A stretch of DNA of 64,000 bases from Eledone cirrhosa (GCA_964016885.1 CAXHJY010000338.1:1278-65277), one strand, 5' to 3'; counted from the stretch's first letter, positions 1 through 20,940 are shown. The notes: generated from the sequence alone by a model not told the origin. Numbers and translations are program-made.

Positions 1-94
1 GTAATACGTGACGTATTCTATTCTATAGCGATTAGGTCTTCAAAATGTTTATTATAAACATACAGAATATTTTCGAATATTCTATGTCTATATT

Positions 95-132
<38 letters not shown>

Positions 133-149
133 TATATATATATATATGC

Positions 150-183
<34 letters not shown>

Positions 184-278
184 GCATATATATATATAAA
201 TATATATATATATATGCATATATATATATATATATATGCATATATATACATATATATATGCATATATATATATATATA

Positions 279-343
<65 letters not shown>

Positions 344-656
344 GTATATGTATATATATGTATATATATATATGTATATATATATATATGTATGTATGTA
401 TAAATATATATGTATATATATATATGTATATATATATATGTATAAATATATATGTATATATATATATGTATATATATATATGTATATATATATATGTATA
501 TATATATATGTATAAATATATATGTATATATATATATATGTATATATATATATGTATATATATATATGTATATATATATGTATATATATATATATGTATA
601 TATATATGTATGTATATATATATATATGTATGTATATGTATATATATATATATATG

Positions 657-702
<46 letters not shown>

Positions 703-1305
703 TATATGTATGTATATATAAATATGTATATATATATATGTATATGTATATATATGTATATATATATATGTATATGTATATATATTTATATATATATATG
801 TATATATATATATGTATATATATATATGTATATATATATATGTATATATATATGTATATATATATGTATATATATATATATGTGTATATATATGTATATA
901 TATATGTATATATATATAAGTATATATATATGTATATATATATATATGTATATCTATATGTATATATATATGTATATGTATATATATATATGTATATATA
1001 TATATGTATATATATATGTATATATATATGTAATTGTATATATATATGTATATATATATGTATTTATATATATGTATTTATATATATATATGTATATATA
1101 TATGTATTTATATATATATATATGTATATATATATACATATATATATATATACATATATATATATAAATACATATATATATATACATATATATATATAAA
1201 TACATATATATAAATACATATATATACATATATATATACATATATATATACATATATATATACATATATATACATATACATATATATATATACATATATA
1301 TATAC

Positions 1306-1336
<31 letters not shown>

Positions 1337-1988
1337 CATATATATATATATACATATATATATATACATATATATACATATATACATATATATATACATA
1401 TACATATACATATATATATACATATATATATATACATATATATATATACATATATACATATATATATATACATATATATATATACATATATACATATACA
1501 TATATATATATACATATACATATATATACATATATATATATACATATATATACATATACATATATATATATACATATTTATATATATACATACATATATA
1601 TATATATACATATTTATATATACATACATATATATATATATACATATATATATATACATATATACATATATATATATACATATATACATATATATATATA
1701 TACATATATATATATACATATATATACATATATACATATATATATACATATACATATACATATATATATACATATATATATATACATATATATATATACA
1801 TATATACATATACATATATATATATACATATACATATATATACATATATATATATACATATATATACATATACATATATATATATACATATTTATATATA
1901 CATATACATATATATATATACATATTTATATATACATATATATATATATATATACATATATATATACATATATATATATACATATATG
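95..1988. repeat. Degenerate (TA)n microsatellite, TATG-type then TACA-type
   Basis: Visible dinucleotide tract; interruptions switch from G to C near 1135. Confidence 0.95.
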
Positions 1989-2073
1989 TAGGAGGTGAAT
2001 TTTATTGTAGTACAATAAAGCAATGCAGATATCGGATAAGAAGCACTCTACAGTTTGTAGGACTGGAGTATAC

Positions 2074-2416
2074 ATAATATAAGATCAAAAGATGGTTAAA
2101 GGAGTTTCATGTATTTTATTATGCGCATTTCAAAAACAATTATCATCATGCAATAATATTTGTGTTTTCATCAGATAAAACAGGAGAACATGATATGAAG
2201 GCTAAAAAACACTTGTGGATAGTGCAGTTTTAAATCAACATATCATATATGTTGATTTAAAACTGCACTATCCACAAGTGTTTTTTAGCCTTCATATCAT
2301 GTTCTCCTGTTTTATCTGATGAAAACACAAATATTATTGCATGATGATGTTTGTTTTTGAAATGCGCATAATAAAATACATGGAACTCCTTTAACCATCT
2401 TTTGATCTTATATTAT
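2074..2416. repeat. Near-perfect ~170 bp inverted repeat, probably an inverted Penelope pseudo-LTR pair
   Basis: Arms 2074-2243 and 2247-2416 are reverse complements around a 3-nt loop (cat); each arm carries an HHR. Confidence 0.85.
2310..2376 (+). ncRNA. Minimal type I hammerhead ribozyme (mirror copy 2114-2180 on minus)
   Basis: ttttat-CTGATGA-stem II (aaacacaaatatt...gatgtttgttttt)-GAAA-tgcgca-TA-ataaaa. Confidence 0.8.
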
Positions 2417-3014
2417 ATACATATATCTGTGACTAATCCCGGTTTTTTTCATAAAAACTGTGATAATTATTGCTATTTTGCTGAACTCCTTTGTAGAGTT
2501 TTTTTTTCAGAATGTATTTGACTGCTATTTCTTGTAAATAAACATTCACTTCCATCCTGACGTCACTAGCCCCGTTTTTTCCTCATGTGCTTTTTCATAA
2601 ATACACATGAAGGCGAACTAGCCAGTTTTAGAATTCCCTTTTTCGGATTATATTACTGTGAGAGCCCTGGTTTTCTGTTGAGCTCTGCTGATGATTGTAA
2701 TTCCAACCGTGACCATCTCCACTGAAAGTTTTCATGAAATAGCCTTTTAAGACTATACAGAGCATTTGATGTTATTCCAAATTGAAGGATAAGTGTTTCA
2801 AACTTTATTTTATCATGAGTTAAAGGTCTATAGATTTTCCCTGGATTTTACTAAATTCTGTGGATGAATTTATATCCTGATTCTCTTTTGAGATGAGTTT
2901 GAGTTATTTTTCCTAAATCTTTCGTTAACTACTTTTCCCATCTTGACGTTATAGTCGCATATATGTTATAGAATGCCGTTAGCTTCTTGCTAAAACAATC
3001 TCTATACCTCTCAT

Positions 3015-3350
3015 TAATATATATATACACATATATATATACATATATATACATATATATATATTCATATATACATATATACATATATATATATACATAT
3101 ATATATATATACATATATATATATACATATATATATACATATACATATATATATATAAATATATATACATATATATATATACATATATATACATATATAT
3201 ACATATATATATATACATATATATACATATACATATATATATATACATATATACATATATACATATATACATATATATATATATACATATATATATACGT
3301 ATATATATATACATATATATACATATATAATACATATATACATAGATACA

Positions 3351-3382
<32 letters not shown>

Positions 3383-3387
3383 ATACA

Positions 3388-3443
<56 letters not shown>

Positions 3444-3446
3444 CAC

Positions 3447-3477
<31 letters not shown>

Positions 3478-3720
3478 CATATATATAGATATACATATAT
3501 ATATATATATACATATATACATATATATATATATATTTACATATATATAGATATACATATATATATACATATATATAGATATACATATATATATATACAT
3601 ATATATATATACATATATATATATACATATATATATACATATATATATACATATATATATACATATATATATACATATATATATATACATATATATATAT
3701 ACATATATATATATACATAC

Positions 3721-3802
<82 letters not shown>

Positions 3803-3819
3803 ACATATATATATACACA

Positions 3820-3851
<32 letters not shown>

Positions 3852-3852
3852 C

Positions 3853-3899
<47 letters not shown>

Positions 3900-3900
3900 C

Positions 3901-3979
<79 letters not shown>

Positions 3980-3980
3980 C

Positions 3981-4034
<54 letters not shown>
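3015..4034. repeat. (TA)n/(TACA) microsatellite
   Basis: Direct inspection. Confidence 0.95.
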
Positions 4035-4810
<776 letters not shown>

Positions 4811-4827
4811 TATATATATACATAGAC

Positions 4828-4890
<63 letters not shown>

Positions 4891-5007
4891 CATATACATA
4901 TATATATACATATACATATATATATACATATACATATATATATATATATACATATATATATACACATATATATATACATATACATATATATATATATATA
5001 TACACAC

Positions 5008-5042
<35 letters not shown>

Positions 5043-5173
5043 CATATATATATATACATATATATATACATACATATATATATACATATATATATACATA
5101 TATACATATATATATATATATACATATATATACACACATATATATATATATATATATATACATATATATATAC

Positions 5174-5208
<35 letters not shown>

Positions 5209-5251
5209 CATATATATACATACATATATATATATACATATAAATATATAC

Positions 5252-5298
<47 letters not shown>

Positions 5299-5325
5299 CA
5301 TATATACATATATATATATATATAC

Positions 5326-5372
<47 letters not shown>

Positions 5373-5525
5373 CATATACACATATATAAATATACATATA
5401 TATATATATATACATATACACATATATATATACATATATATACATACATATATATATATACATATACACATATATATATACATATATATATATATACATA
5501 TATATACATACATATATATATATAC

Positions 5526-5564
<39 letters not shown>

Positions 5565-5942
5565 CATATATATACATATATATATGGTGGCTGCCAACTC
5601 GTTTTCGAGCACAGCCACTACTTTATATCCATGTAGGAGAACCCCTACCGATGCGCTGAACAAGTGTGACTTTTTAGTCCAGCCAGCGACTTGAAAACTC
5701 TGGTACAAACACTACACTTGTGACAATTATTGACACATAGTGCTGGGCCCATATATACATATATATACATACATATATATACATATATATATATACATAT
5801 ATATATATACATATATATATACATACATATATATATATACATATATATACACACATATATATATATACATATATATACATACATATATATATATACATAT
5901 ATATACATACATATATATATAAATATATATATATACATATAC

Positions 5943-6035
<93 letters not shown>

Positions 6036-6086
6036 CATATATATATATACATATACATATATATATATACATATATATATACATAC

Positions 6087-6153
<67 letters not shown>

Positions 6154-6482
6154 CATATATATATATACATATATATATATACATATATATATACATATAT
6201 ATATATACATATATATATATACATATATATATATACATATATATATATACATATATATATATACATATATATATACATATATATATACATATATATATAT
6301 ATACATATATATATATACATATATATATATACATATATATACATATATATACATATATATATATATACATATATACATAAATATATATATATATACACAT
6401 ATATATATATATACATATATATATATACATATACATATATACACATATATATATATACATATACATATATACATATATATAT
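4811..6482. repeat. (TA)n/(TACA) microsatellite interrupted by an RTE-derived fragment
   Basis: Direct inspection. Confidence 0.9.
5586..5752 (-). mobile_element. 3' fragment of RTE-derived non-autonomous element
   Basis: Matches 53455-53620; encodes Cxx[11 protein letters not shown] zinc-finger-like tail. Confidence 0.75.
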
Positions 6483-6520
6483 GAAGTATAAGAATCAAAG
6501 AACTGTTCAAAACATTATTG

Positions 6521-6567
6521 TGCTTACAGCTGTTTCCTCCAAACCGAGGTTTGGATTCTTCGGAGCA
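6521..6567 (-). ncRNA. Hammerhead-like motif with CCGAAGA core variant
   Basis: Minus strand: tgct-CCGAAGA-a-tccaaac-ctcg-gtttgga-g-GAAA-cagctg-TA-agca. Confidence 0.7.
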
Positions 6568-8010
6568 ATTTATTAATGCATGGACAGTTATATGACCTCC
6601 TTTTCAGCCGAGAGACATACCAACACATATTCAAACATTGATACATATTCAAACATTGTGGGTCAACATTCATTACAGAATTTAGAGTGGCAGTACACAC
6701 TTCGAGATTACATTTATATTAATAGGTACAATCAAAAATCAAAGATATAGGTTAAAGTACAACATGAAGATAAGTGGTTATATAGTGCAAATGTTATATG
6801 TGTGGCACGCATGTGCGTCTTGTTTATATAGTGTGGCAGAGAGATATGTGTGGTAGAGGCACTTAGGTAGGTAAATAAGAGTGTTAGGTTGGTAGATCTG
6901 GTGGCAAAGTCTTTATATGATTGATATAGTCTGTGTGTGGAGAAATATTATAAGCATTAAAGATAGTGCAAGCATTAAAAGTGTTATAAGTATTGGAGAT
7001 GCACAGCGCAGGGATGTCAAGTAATTCATGTACTTCGGCATTTTCATGGTCAAGGGAGTGTATATTTCGATTATATGCCTTTCACATAATCCACGACAAT
7101 CCAGTTAGAGATCGTAGTCTGGTGTTCTTTAGTTCGATACAGGAGGTTGTTACGTTTCGAGAGACTCCATTGAATACCGGAAGTGTGTGTGTGGCTAAGG
7201 GGAGTTAATGCATGCGGGGAGGTAACTCTGGGGTTTCTATATCTAGCCATTAAAATGTGTCCCAATATAGACCCTAAATTCTATGGTGAGGTGCACCTTC
7301 CAAGAGAGACTTTTAAAGCATAAAGTGTACTAACTATAGAGTAGTTTAACTAAATTATGCTGAAGGTGATCATATTATTATTAAGGTGGATTAACCCATC
7401 TTAAGGTGCTACAAATGGAAATTATAGATGATGAGCGAGGATTCTAAATTAATGATCTCTGTGGTTGTAGTCTGCTCATATGATCAGGCGCGGTGATTGC
7501 AGGATTGCTTCAGGACCCAATGATCTCTGGTAAGATCTGGGTCATCGCTTGCTACATTGGATGTCGAAAGATAATCGTCCCCAGGCAGGCCAAAGGTCAA
7601 TCCGCAGTCCTCGCGACCCCTCTCTGACCGTCAGATCATCCATATACGTACAACCCGCACGGCAGTTGCATTGCATTCACTCACTGCGCTCAGCAGCCCG
7701 GTCCTACTGGTCAACAGCGCTACTCGATTAAATCATTTTACATCTGTCTAAGGAAGGTGTTTCCTCTGCCCAACACCATCCAACCGATCAATTCATGCTC
7801 AAATTACCCTTAGAGCGGTGTAGTGCCGTCCAGGTGGGTGGATGTTGTCACACCTGCCGTAGAGGTATAAATGGGTATTTTCCCTGCGAAGGGTTCCAGA
7901 GGGATGTCGTTGTTTGTGTTATAATGGATCAGCTAGTGTTGGGTATGTAGTATAGGGTGTGTCTCTGGTGTTTGATGCTAGATGTGGTGTTAGGTTCCAG
8001 TCCGACATTG

Positions 8011-9705
8011 CTATATATAGGGCTTAAAGTTTTGGAAGGAATGTCTGAGGCGGTGCTGGCAAGTTGCAAACACCTCAGATTTTTTGTTAAGTAGGTTACG
8101 GTTGGAGAAGATAATATTGTGTGTCTCTAGTATACAGAGGTTACAGAATTTATTAGGTGGTTTGTACGAGGTCGCGCTGCCTATCACTTCCCATTTGAGT
8201 GTGTATGGTTTATTTTTAGATTTTAGATAGTGTATGTAGCTAGAAAGTGAGGTGGAGTTGGCTAGGCTGTGCTTTTTGAACGAGTGGATGTGCGAGTTAT
8301 ATCTAATTTTGAAGCAGTTAGAAGTGGAGCCTACATAGGTTTCTGAAGAGTTATTAGTCGTGACTGTGCATGAGTATATGACATCCCTGGTTAGGCATTT
8401 TTTATCTAAAGGGCAGGTTCTATTAGCTCTACAGTTACAATTATTCTGTGCGTTAGTCCGCTGGTTATAATGCAATGCGGAAGTCTGTGTGGTGGATATA
8501 GGATTTTGGGTGTTCAGGTTGACAACCCTGGTGTTATTACTTATACTAGTGCTATTTCTATTGTTACTGCCGTTGCTATTGTTGCTTGCTACAGTGGTAT
8601 TTAGAGGGTTTGCATCCCGTTGTGATTTTGTTTGTTGGAAGTAAGAACTAATTTTACTATTATTGCTGCTAGCTATGTGGTATGCTAAGTTAGGCGTCGT
8701 AGAGTATGAGATTTTAATGGTGTTTTTGTTTAAGAGGTTGTGGTACTTGTGTCCTAGAGGGAAGTTTTTATCTAGTAGTGAGAAGAAAGCCCTAGGTATG
8801 TTGGTGGAGACATTTAGGTTGAAAGGAGGGTTGAAAAATGTATTATTTCTTCTTCTATTTTTGCTTTTAGTGTTTGGTGTGTTGCTTCCTCCTAAGGCCT
8901 CACAGTAGTTTCCATGGTAATGGTTACTTCCGGTGGCACCCTCCGCTTTGGTGTACTTGTGGTTGCTATTCCTATTATTAGATTTCCTCATGGACATGTT
9001 GTGCGAGATGATGTTGTAGCTATGTGTTTTCTTAGGTAGGAACTCTATTTCTATATTATGGCCGGAGCTAGCTAATGCTTGATTGTAATATTGTGAGTTT
9101 TTGCTAAATATGTTTGCGTCATAGGACAGACTAGAGATTCTATTGGACACCCCCTTAGAGATAGAGTTTAATATTGATCTAGGGTGATTAGACTTGGTAT
9201 CTACGTAAATAAGTTTCTCATTAGGCTTATGGAAAGGTGTATATATTTTTGAGTCTAGGTATAGTGTGGCGTCTAGGAAGTTAACATTTTTAGTGTTTTT
9301 GTCCATGGTGATACTAAGGTTAAAGTTTTTGAATGTCTTATGCAGTTGTTTTCTAGTTCTTTCTATATTAAATTTTTTATATTCTATGAGTAGAAGTGCA
9401 TCATCGCGGTACAAACCACCGTTGAGGTAAGGGAGGTCTTTATGGATTTCAATGAGGAGGTATAGGCCGACCAAATCAGTGACCTGCGCCGAGTCACTAG
9501 ATCCCATGGTTATGTCGAAGTTGTTGTGCGTATCCTTGCGTGTCCATAGTTGGTCCTCGAAGGTGATTATGGTTTTACGGGCCGCAAGGATGACATCAAC
9601 CTGGGCTCTAGTCAGGTCGCTATTGGTCATGGCCATGATAAGTGCCTTATTTAATAGGATAGGGGAAATAGAGGTGTAGTATGAATTGATATCAAATTGA
9701 ATAAA
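8011..9705 (-). CDS. Penelope-like RT + GIY-YIG endonuclease (5'-truncated, open frame)
   Basis: Frame is open upstream of the 9636 ATG to [14 protein letters not shown] (RT motif A); also [26 protein letters not shown], CNCRxxxxC linker, VIY..YVG, CxxC..E, CxH. Confidence 0.9.
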   Translation of the reverse strand, partial: FIQFDINSYYTSISPILLNKALIMAMTNSDLTRAQVDVILAARKTIITFEDQLWTRKDTHNNFDITMGSSDSAQVTDLVGLYLLIEIHKDLPYLNGGLYRDDALLLIEYKKFNIERTRKQLHKTFKNFNLSITMDKNTKNVNFLDATLYLDSKIYTPFHKPNEKLIYVDTKSNHPRSILNSISKGVSNRISSLSYDANIFSKNSQYYNQALASSGHNIEIEFLPKKTHSYNIISHNMSMRKSNNRNSNHKYTKAEGATGSNHYHGNYCEALGGSNTPNTKSKNRRRNNTFFNPPFNLNVSTNIPRAFFSLLDKNFPLGHKYHNLLNKNTIKISYSTTPNLAYHIASSNNSKISSYFQQTKSQRDANPLNTTVASNNSNGSNNRNSTSISNNTRVVNLNTQNPISTTQTSALHYNQRTNAQNNCNCRANRTCPLDKKCLTRDVIYSCTVTTNNSSETYVGSTSNCFKIRYNSHIHSFKKHSLANSTSLSSYIHYLKSKNKPYTLKWEVIGSATSYKPPNKFCNLCILETHNIIFSNRNLLNKKSEVFATCQHRLRHSFQNFKPYI

Positions 9706-10160
<455 letters not shown>

Positions 10161-10161
10161 G

Positions 10162-10700
10162 ATTCTTCTTCATCATCTGTGCTCTACCAACATGCTAAGA
10201 TAGAGCACAGGGGTAAATTAGAGAACATAGAAATAAAAATAGAATCCACACACAGGCAAATTACAGAGGCAGTAAGCATAAAAGAATTACAACCAAAATT
10301 AAATAGAAAATATGAGTGGAACAGCAACATCACAACTTACAATTAAGGACAAAATGAAAACACACACACACATAGAACAAACAACCAACCAACAATAAAT
10401 AAATAAATAAATAAACAAATAGATAAATGAACACAAACACACACAGACACCCGGATGTGGCGCATGCGCAAACTGAGCACACAACACACACACAGAAACA
10501 AAAAAAAATGGCGTAGGACAGAAGAAAGGAAAGGCACAGAAACAAGGAAAGGAATCCCCAGTCACTGAAGAGGTCACAGAGTGTGTGACGAAGGGACTAT
10601 GACTATATATAAACAACTATCTGGTTGTGGAACCAACCAACCAACCAACCAGAAATTTATAAGTTTGTAGATTTGTAAATTTATAAATTTATAAATATAT
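10162..10700 (+). mobile_element. 3' remnant of a Penelope-like element (GIY-YIG C-terminus + pLTR)
   Basis: [12 protein letters not shown]...[22 protein letters not shown] resembles the PLE endonuclease end; HHR-like motif downstream. Confidence 0.75.
10560..10604 (+). ncRNA. Degenerate hammerhead-like motif
   Basis: agtca-CTGAAGA-g-gtcaca-gagtg-tgtgac-GAAG-ggac-TA-tgact (GAAG instead of GAAA). Confidence 0.55.
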
Positions 10701-10829
10701 AATAAATTGAAGTGAAAGCAACTGGTGCGTGTGTTTCTTATTGGCAACATGACCCTCCCAAAGTATAACAATATCGGTTTCAACACACGATTTCAGATAA
10801 AGAATCTTGCTAAACAAATTCAGAAACGA

Positions 10830-15845
<5,016 letters not shown>

Positions 15846-17349
15846 CAAATTCGGTGAGTCCAAGTGTGCATATTTGGCAGTAAAACGTGGAAGAGCTGTG
15901 CCATCCTCTAGAAATCTAGAGATGAACGGCCTGACAATACAACCTCTGCAGTCAGGTGACAACTACAGATATCTTGGACAGGATGAGAATGTCAGATATG
16001 ATGGACCCATAAATAAGGAGAGAACCAGAACTGAATACCTCAGAAGAGTAAAGAAAATATGGTCATCAGAACTGTCAGCATACAACAAATACATTGCCCA
16101 CAATACTTATGCTGTGCCAATTCTAACGCCAACATTTGGCCTACTGAACTGGTCATTGCAAGAACTAAGTGAGATGGATGTTAGAACTCGATAACTTCTC
16201 AGTGTTACTGGGAACTTTAACATCAATGGTGATGTGGATAGGCTATACTTCTCACGCAAGGAAGGTGGTCGGGGTCTAAAATCAATATTAACAACATATG
16301 AGACCCGGATAGTGACACTGAAGCAACACCTTCAACAGAGGAAAAAGGTTGGCAACCATCTTGCCCAGGTTTATGACCATGAAAAAAGAAATATCATTAG
16401 AATAGCGACTGATCTGGAGGAGAGATATGGAATAAAGCCCGATATAAATCTCTCACCCAGAGAAATCGGAAGATCCTATTCAATGTTCAAACAAGAAAAA
16501 AAAATTGACCAATTTACAGAAAAAGTTGTGCATGGATACTTGAGGCGTAAAACACAGACCATAGAGGGGATAAACCACTCGAAAAGCCTGGCATGGAGTT
16601 CCGACAAGTTTATGACATCACACCTTGAGGGATATCTCTATGCAATACAGGAACAAGAACTCCCTACCAAATATCTGCTGCACAAAAGAGGAGGGCCAGC
16701 AGCTGACAATAAATGTAGGCTATGTAAAACAAAGATCGAGGATGTAAGCCACATTGTTGCCAGCTGCGAAAGAATGTCATCTCGCTACTACCTCCCCATG
16801 AGACACGATGGGATAGCTAGAACCATCTGGAACGCACTTCGGAAAACAAAATTAACAACAAACGAGGAAGAATATATTGAGACAGATGGCACTAAGGAAT
16901 ACTGGTGGAACCTGAAAATAAAAACTGCCACCAAATTAAAGCACAACCGGCCTGATATCGTAGTTTGAGACCACACATTGAAAACGTGTTCTGTTGTGGA
17001 GATCAGCTGCCCACTTGATGTAAACGTTGTCAGAAAAATACAGGAGAAGGAGGACATCTACGGACCATTGATGAGGAGTTTACAAATCCAGTATCCAAGA
17101 TACACCTTTAGCTTCATACCCATCATTATTGGTGCTACGGGTTATATACCAACCCGCTTGGACCAAAGTATGACTGAACTTGGATTTGCGGACAAAAAGC
17201 GCAGCTCCCTAATTCATAGTCTACAAATGGCTGCGATAGCTGGCACCTTCAAAATTTGCAAAACATTCTTGCGATTCAAGGGATGACAATTTCTTTTCTT
17301 ATACAACCTTGCCACCAGGAAGGTGGCCGGTCAAAAAATATACTCAAAA
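15846..17349 (+). mobile_element. 5'-truncated R4/Dong-type non-LTR retrotransposon (RT C-term, CCHC finger, restriction-like endonuclease, 3'UTR); pseudogenised
   Basis: FGESKC, YRYLG, RKEGGRGL, CRLC..E.VSHIVASC, RHD, NRPD..EISCP..K..Y; in-frame stops at 16192 and 16966. Confidence 0.9.
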
Positions 17350-17400
17350 TTAAGAGAAAGAAAAAAAAAGATATATACACATACATATATATATATATGT

Positions 17401-17431
<31 letters not shown>

Positions 17432-17496
17432 CATATATACATATATATATACATATATATACATATATATATACATATATCCATATATATATATAT

Positions 17497-17540
<44 letters not shown>

Positions 17541-18054
17541 TTATATATATATATATATATATATACATGGATTTGTCTGTGTTTGTGTGTGTCTGTATGT
17601 GTGTGTGTGTGTGTGTGTGCTTCTGTGTGTCTGAGTGTCTGTGTACATGTGTGGGTGCCTGAGTGTCTGTGTGCGTGTGTACATGTGTCTGTGTGTGTGT
17701 GTGTCCGTGTGTGCCTGAGGGTGGGTGTATGCGTGGTCTTTCCACCTTGTTTTATTATTTCTTGTTTTTATATTTCAATATCTTTCCAGATGGTGAACAG
17801 TCCGCTGTAGATTTAAAATAATGATAGTCGGATATTGCTGAAGGGCGTATCCTTGATGGTCACGTGCTCTTTTTTTACCGGTTTGGTTCAGTGACAATGT
17901 CATGTAGAATTTCACGCTCCAATGAATCTAATTTCATTCCTGAATTTTTTAGAATTTGATTTTTGTGATGGTTTTCTTTTGTTTATTTATTTATATATAT
18001 ATATATACATATACATGTATATCTATACATATACATGTATACATATACATATAC

Positions 18055-18101
<47 letters not shown>

Positions 18102-18212
18102 TATAAATACATATATATATATATATACTTATATATACACATATACATGTATATCTATACATATACATATATATCTATACATCAATATCTATCTATCTAC
18201 ATCTATATCTAT

Positions 18213-18269
<57 letters not shown>

Positions 18270-18800
18270 CATGCAAGCGTGAAATTCAGGGGGTTCGATT
18301 AACTGCCAATCTTAATCAATATTTTCTACTATTTATTTATTTACTCTACACCACACCCCCAAAACGAAAACGAACCAAATTAAATCAAACCGAACCGAAC
18401 CGAACCAGTGTGGGCGAGTCTTCTACTTGTTCAGTCCCACATGCCAGAAACACCAACCAAATCCTATCTCGGGAAACCACACTTAAAAAGCCAAAGAAGG
18501 AGAAGGGAGCACTACACAATAATTGAACGATACTGCGGTATGTCGTGATGCCGGTGTGAGAATGGGTATACTGAATACGTTTGATAAATTGACTCCATTA
18601 CAGAAAAATACACCGATTGATAATTTAAAAAGATCTGTCTTGACCACGTGGAAAAGACCCAACACCACCGCACCCTAGGCCTATAGCCCATCACCATCCC
18701 CTTAACATTCTTCTGTGACCCTTGAGCTCTTGCATTTCTCTTCCTTTTCAGTTTTTATAACCACAAAAGACACTTGCAATTTTTTTTTACAATAAAATAC

Positions 18801-19288
18801 GTTATACATGCATATTTCAGGAGTTGAATGGTTAGTAAATAAAATCTCATAGATATATCTGTTTTGCAATGGCGTATGTTTGCACCACCCCTGTCTTACT
18901 ACCGACGATAAGAGTCAAACTCGTCGCCATATCATCTTAGGCAAAAGACAAATACATTGATAATTTAAAAAGAAGTTATACATGCATATTTCAGGAGTTG
19001 AATGGTCAGTAAATAAAATCTCATAGATATATCTGTTTTGCAATGGCGTATGTTTGCACCACCCCTGTCTTACTACCGACGATAAGAGTCAAACTCGTCG
19101 CCATATCATCTTAGGCAAAAGACAAATACATTGATAATTTAAAAAGAAGTTATACATGCATATTTCAGGAGTTGAATGGTCAGTAAATAAAATCTTATAG
19201 ATAGATCTGTTTTGCAATGGCGTATGTTTGCACCACCCCTGTCTTACTACCGACGATAAGAGTCAAACTCGCCGCCGTAACATCTTAG
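18801..19288. repeat. Tandem repeat, 174-bp unit x ~2.8
   Basis: gttatacatgcatatttcagg starts at 18801, 18975, 19149. Confidence 0.9.
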
Positions 19289-19477
19289 ATAATAAAAATT
19301 TAAATAGAAATAAAATAGACACTTACACATATTCTGAAATTTCGCTATTGTCGTATGATGAATAACTTCGTTTCGTTCTCCAAACATCTTCACTTGAAGC
19401 TGGAATCAGAGAGAGATGAAGATATATATATATATTAATATATAATGATATTATATATACTTGTATATATATCATCA

Positions 19478-19665
19478 TGCGGTGGATTGGCAGTATCGGT
19501 AGAGGGTCGGGCGCTATGCTTTGACGCGAAGAATTACAGCCCTTTACAGTCTGAGTTCAAATCCTGCCGAGGTTTACTTTGCCTTTCATCCTTACCGGCT
19601 CGATAAAATAAAGTACCAGTAATACAATGGTTAATTGCTGGCCTTGTGCCAAAAGTAGAAACAAT
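19478..19665 (+). mobile_element. tRNA-derived SINE family A
   Basis: TGGCAGTATCGG / GAGTTCAAATCC boxes, core ttgcctttcatcc..gataaaataaagtaccag, tail ggccttgtgccaaaagtagaaac; 8 copies in window. Confidence 0.85.
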
Positions 19666-19779
19666 TATATATATTTGTATACATATATATACACACACAC
19701 ACACGCAATACATGTATACATACACACATAAACACATACATACATACACACATAATACATACACACATACACACACCTG

Positions 19780-20110
19780 GGAGTGAAAGGCTCCCAGTTG
19801 TTGTCACAACACCTTTCTAAGAGAGGGAAACTCTGCAAAAAAAAAAAAAAAAAAAAAACCTGCGGCTTCGGAAGCATCCGATAATGTTGACTAGTTCTCC
19901 TTTTCTAGTAGTGTTTTCGATGCTCAGAGAGTGGGATTGGTCGAGTGCAAGGCCTTTCCCCGCTTAAAAAACCTTCAAAGCACAGGCATTGCTTGTTCAG
20001 GATATGTTACAGGTTTGTGTGACTGACCGTAGCCTAAAAGAGCACCAAACTCAATAATCTGACAAGTGATTGCAATATTCTTAGCAGAGTTTGCAGCCAT
20101 CATGTATGTA
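19780..20110 (+). mobile_element. Diverged RTE-derived non-autonomous element (second family)
   Basis: agagagtggga.tgg...gcacaggcattgctt and gagtt.gcagcca.catgtatgta are shared with 52986-53620; 5' boundary uncertain. Confidence 0.55.
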
Positions 20111-20220
20111 TAAATCAAATTTAATATAGAAATGTCTCCCACAGGCCTAGAACTGTTTCCTCCGAATGAAACAGTTCTAGTCCCGCAGAAGCCATTTCTA
20201 TATTAATTTTGATGTTTACA
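20107..20220. repeat. Diverged fold-back palindrome made of the 3' half of an HHR
   Basis: Right arm matches 48581-48623. Confidence 0.7.
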
Positions 20221-20282
20221 CTCTACTAATGTATTGAGTACCTTACCTACTGTGGTTACCCTAAATTGAACCCGGGAGTCCT

Positions 20283-20315
<33 letters not shown>

Positions 20316-20321
20316 TACACA

Positions 20322-20355
<34 letters not shown>

Positions 20356-20814
20356 TATATATATATATACAATTAGATAACCATAAAATCTAGATTGCAT
20401 TATATTTGTATATTTTTATTTTAGTTTAACTGTTTGTTAGATTTTTTTAATTCGTATTTTTTCTGCATCTGTGACTTAATTCTTGATTATCTGGGTCAAC
20501 AGATGACCTGTTGGGGTCTAGTGAACAGATAATTGAGATGTGAACAAGTAGTCTGGTCTGTTATCACAGCAATGTGCTACGTAGGGTTTTCACTACTTCT
20601 GAGACAATGGCTCTCCTTCCTACATACACTACACTACACACGCGCGCAAACACACATATATATTCAAAATATGTGTGTGTGTGTGGGGGGGGGGGCTTAC
20701 ACAGAAAAAAGGCAATGAAAAGAACAGCGAAAAAACGAACAGTCCCATCTTCTCAGTCAACCTCTGGAAATCACGACAATTTCGGATATTTTTGGTTGAT
20801 ACTATTCATTCTTT

Positions 20815-20940
<126 letters not shown>

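Larger units (their letters stand above)
6484..9705 (-). mobile_element. 5'-truncated Penelope-like element, Naiad-type, with ~1.5 kb 3' tail/pLTR
   Basis: RT+GIY-YIG ORF, terminal HHR-like motif, both ends abut (TA)n. Confidence 0.85.

Noticed and set aside
2688-2740. CTGATGA...GAAA candidate hammerhead
   Set aside because: No stem I or stem II pairing
17880-17945. Possible minus-strand exon ([19 protein letters not shown])
   Set aside because: Purine-rich acceptor context, no homology recognisable
19478-19570. tRNA gene
   Set aside because: A/B boxes belong to multi-copy SINE heads; no cloverleaf
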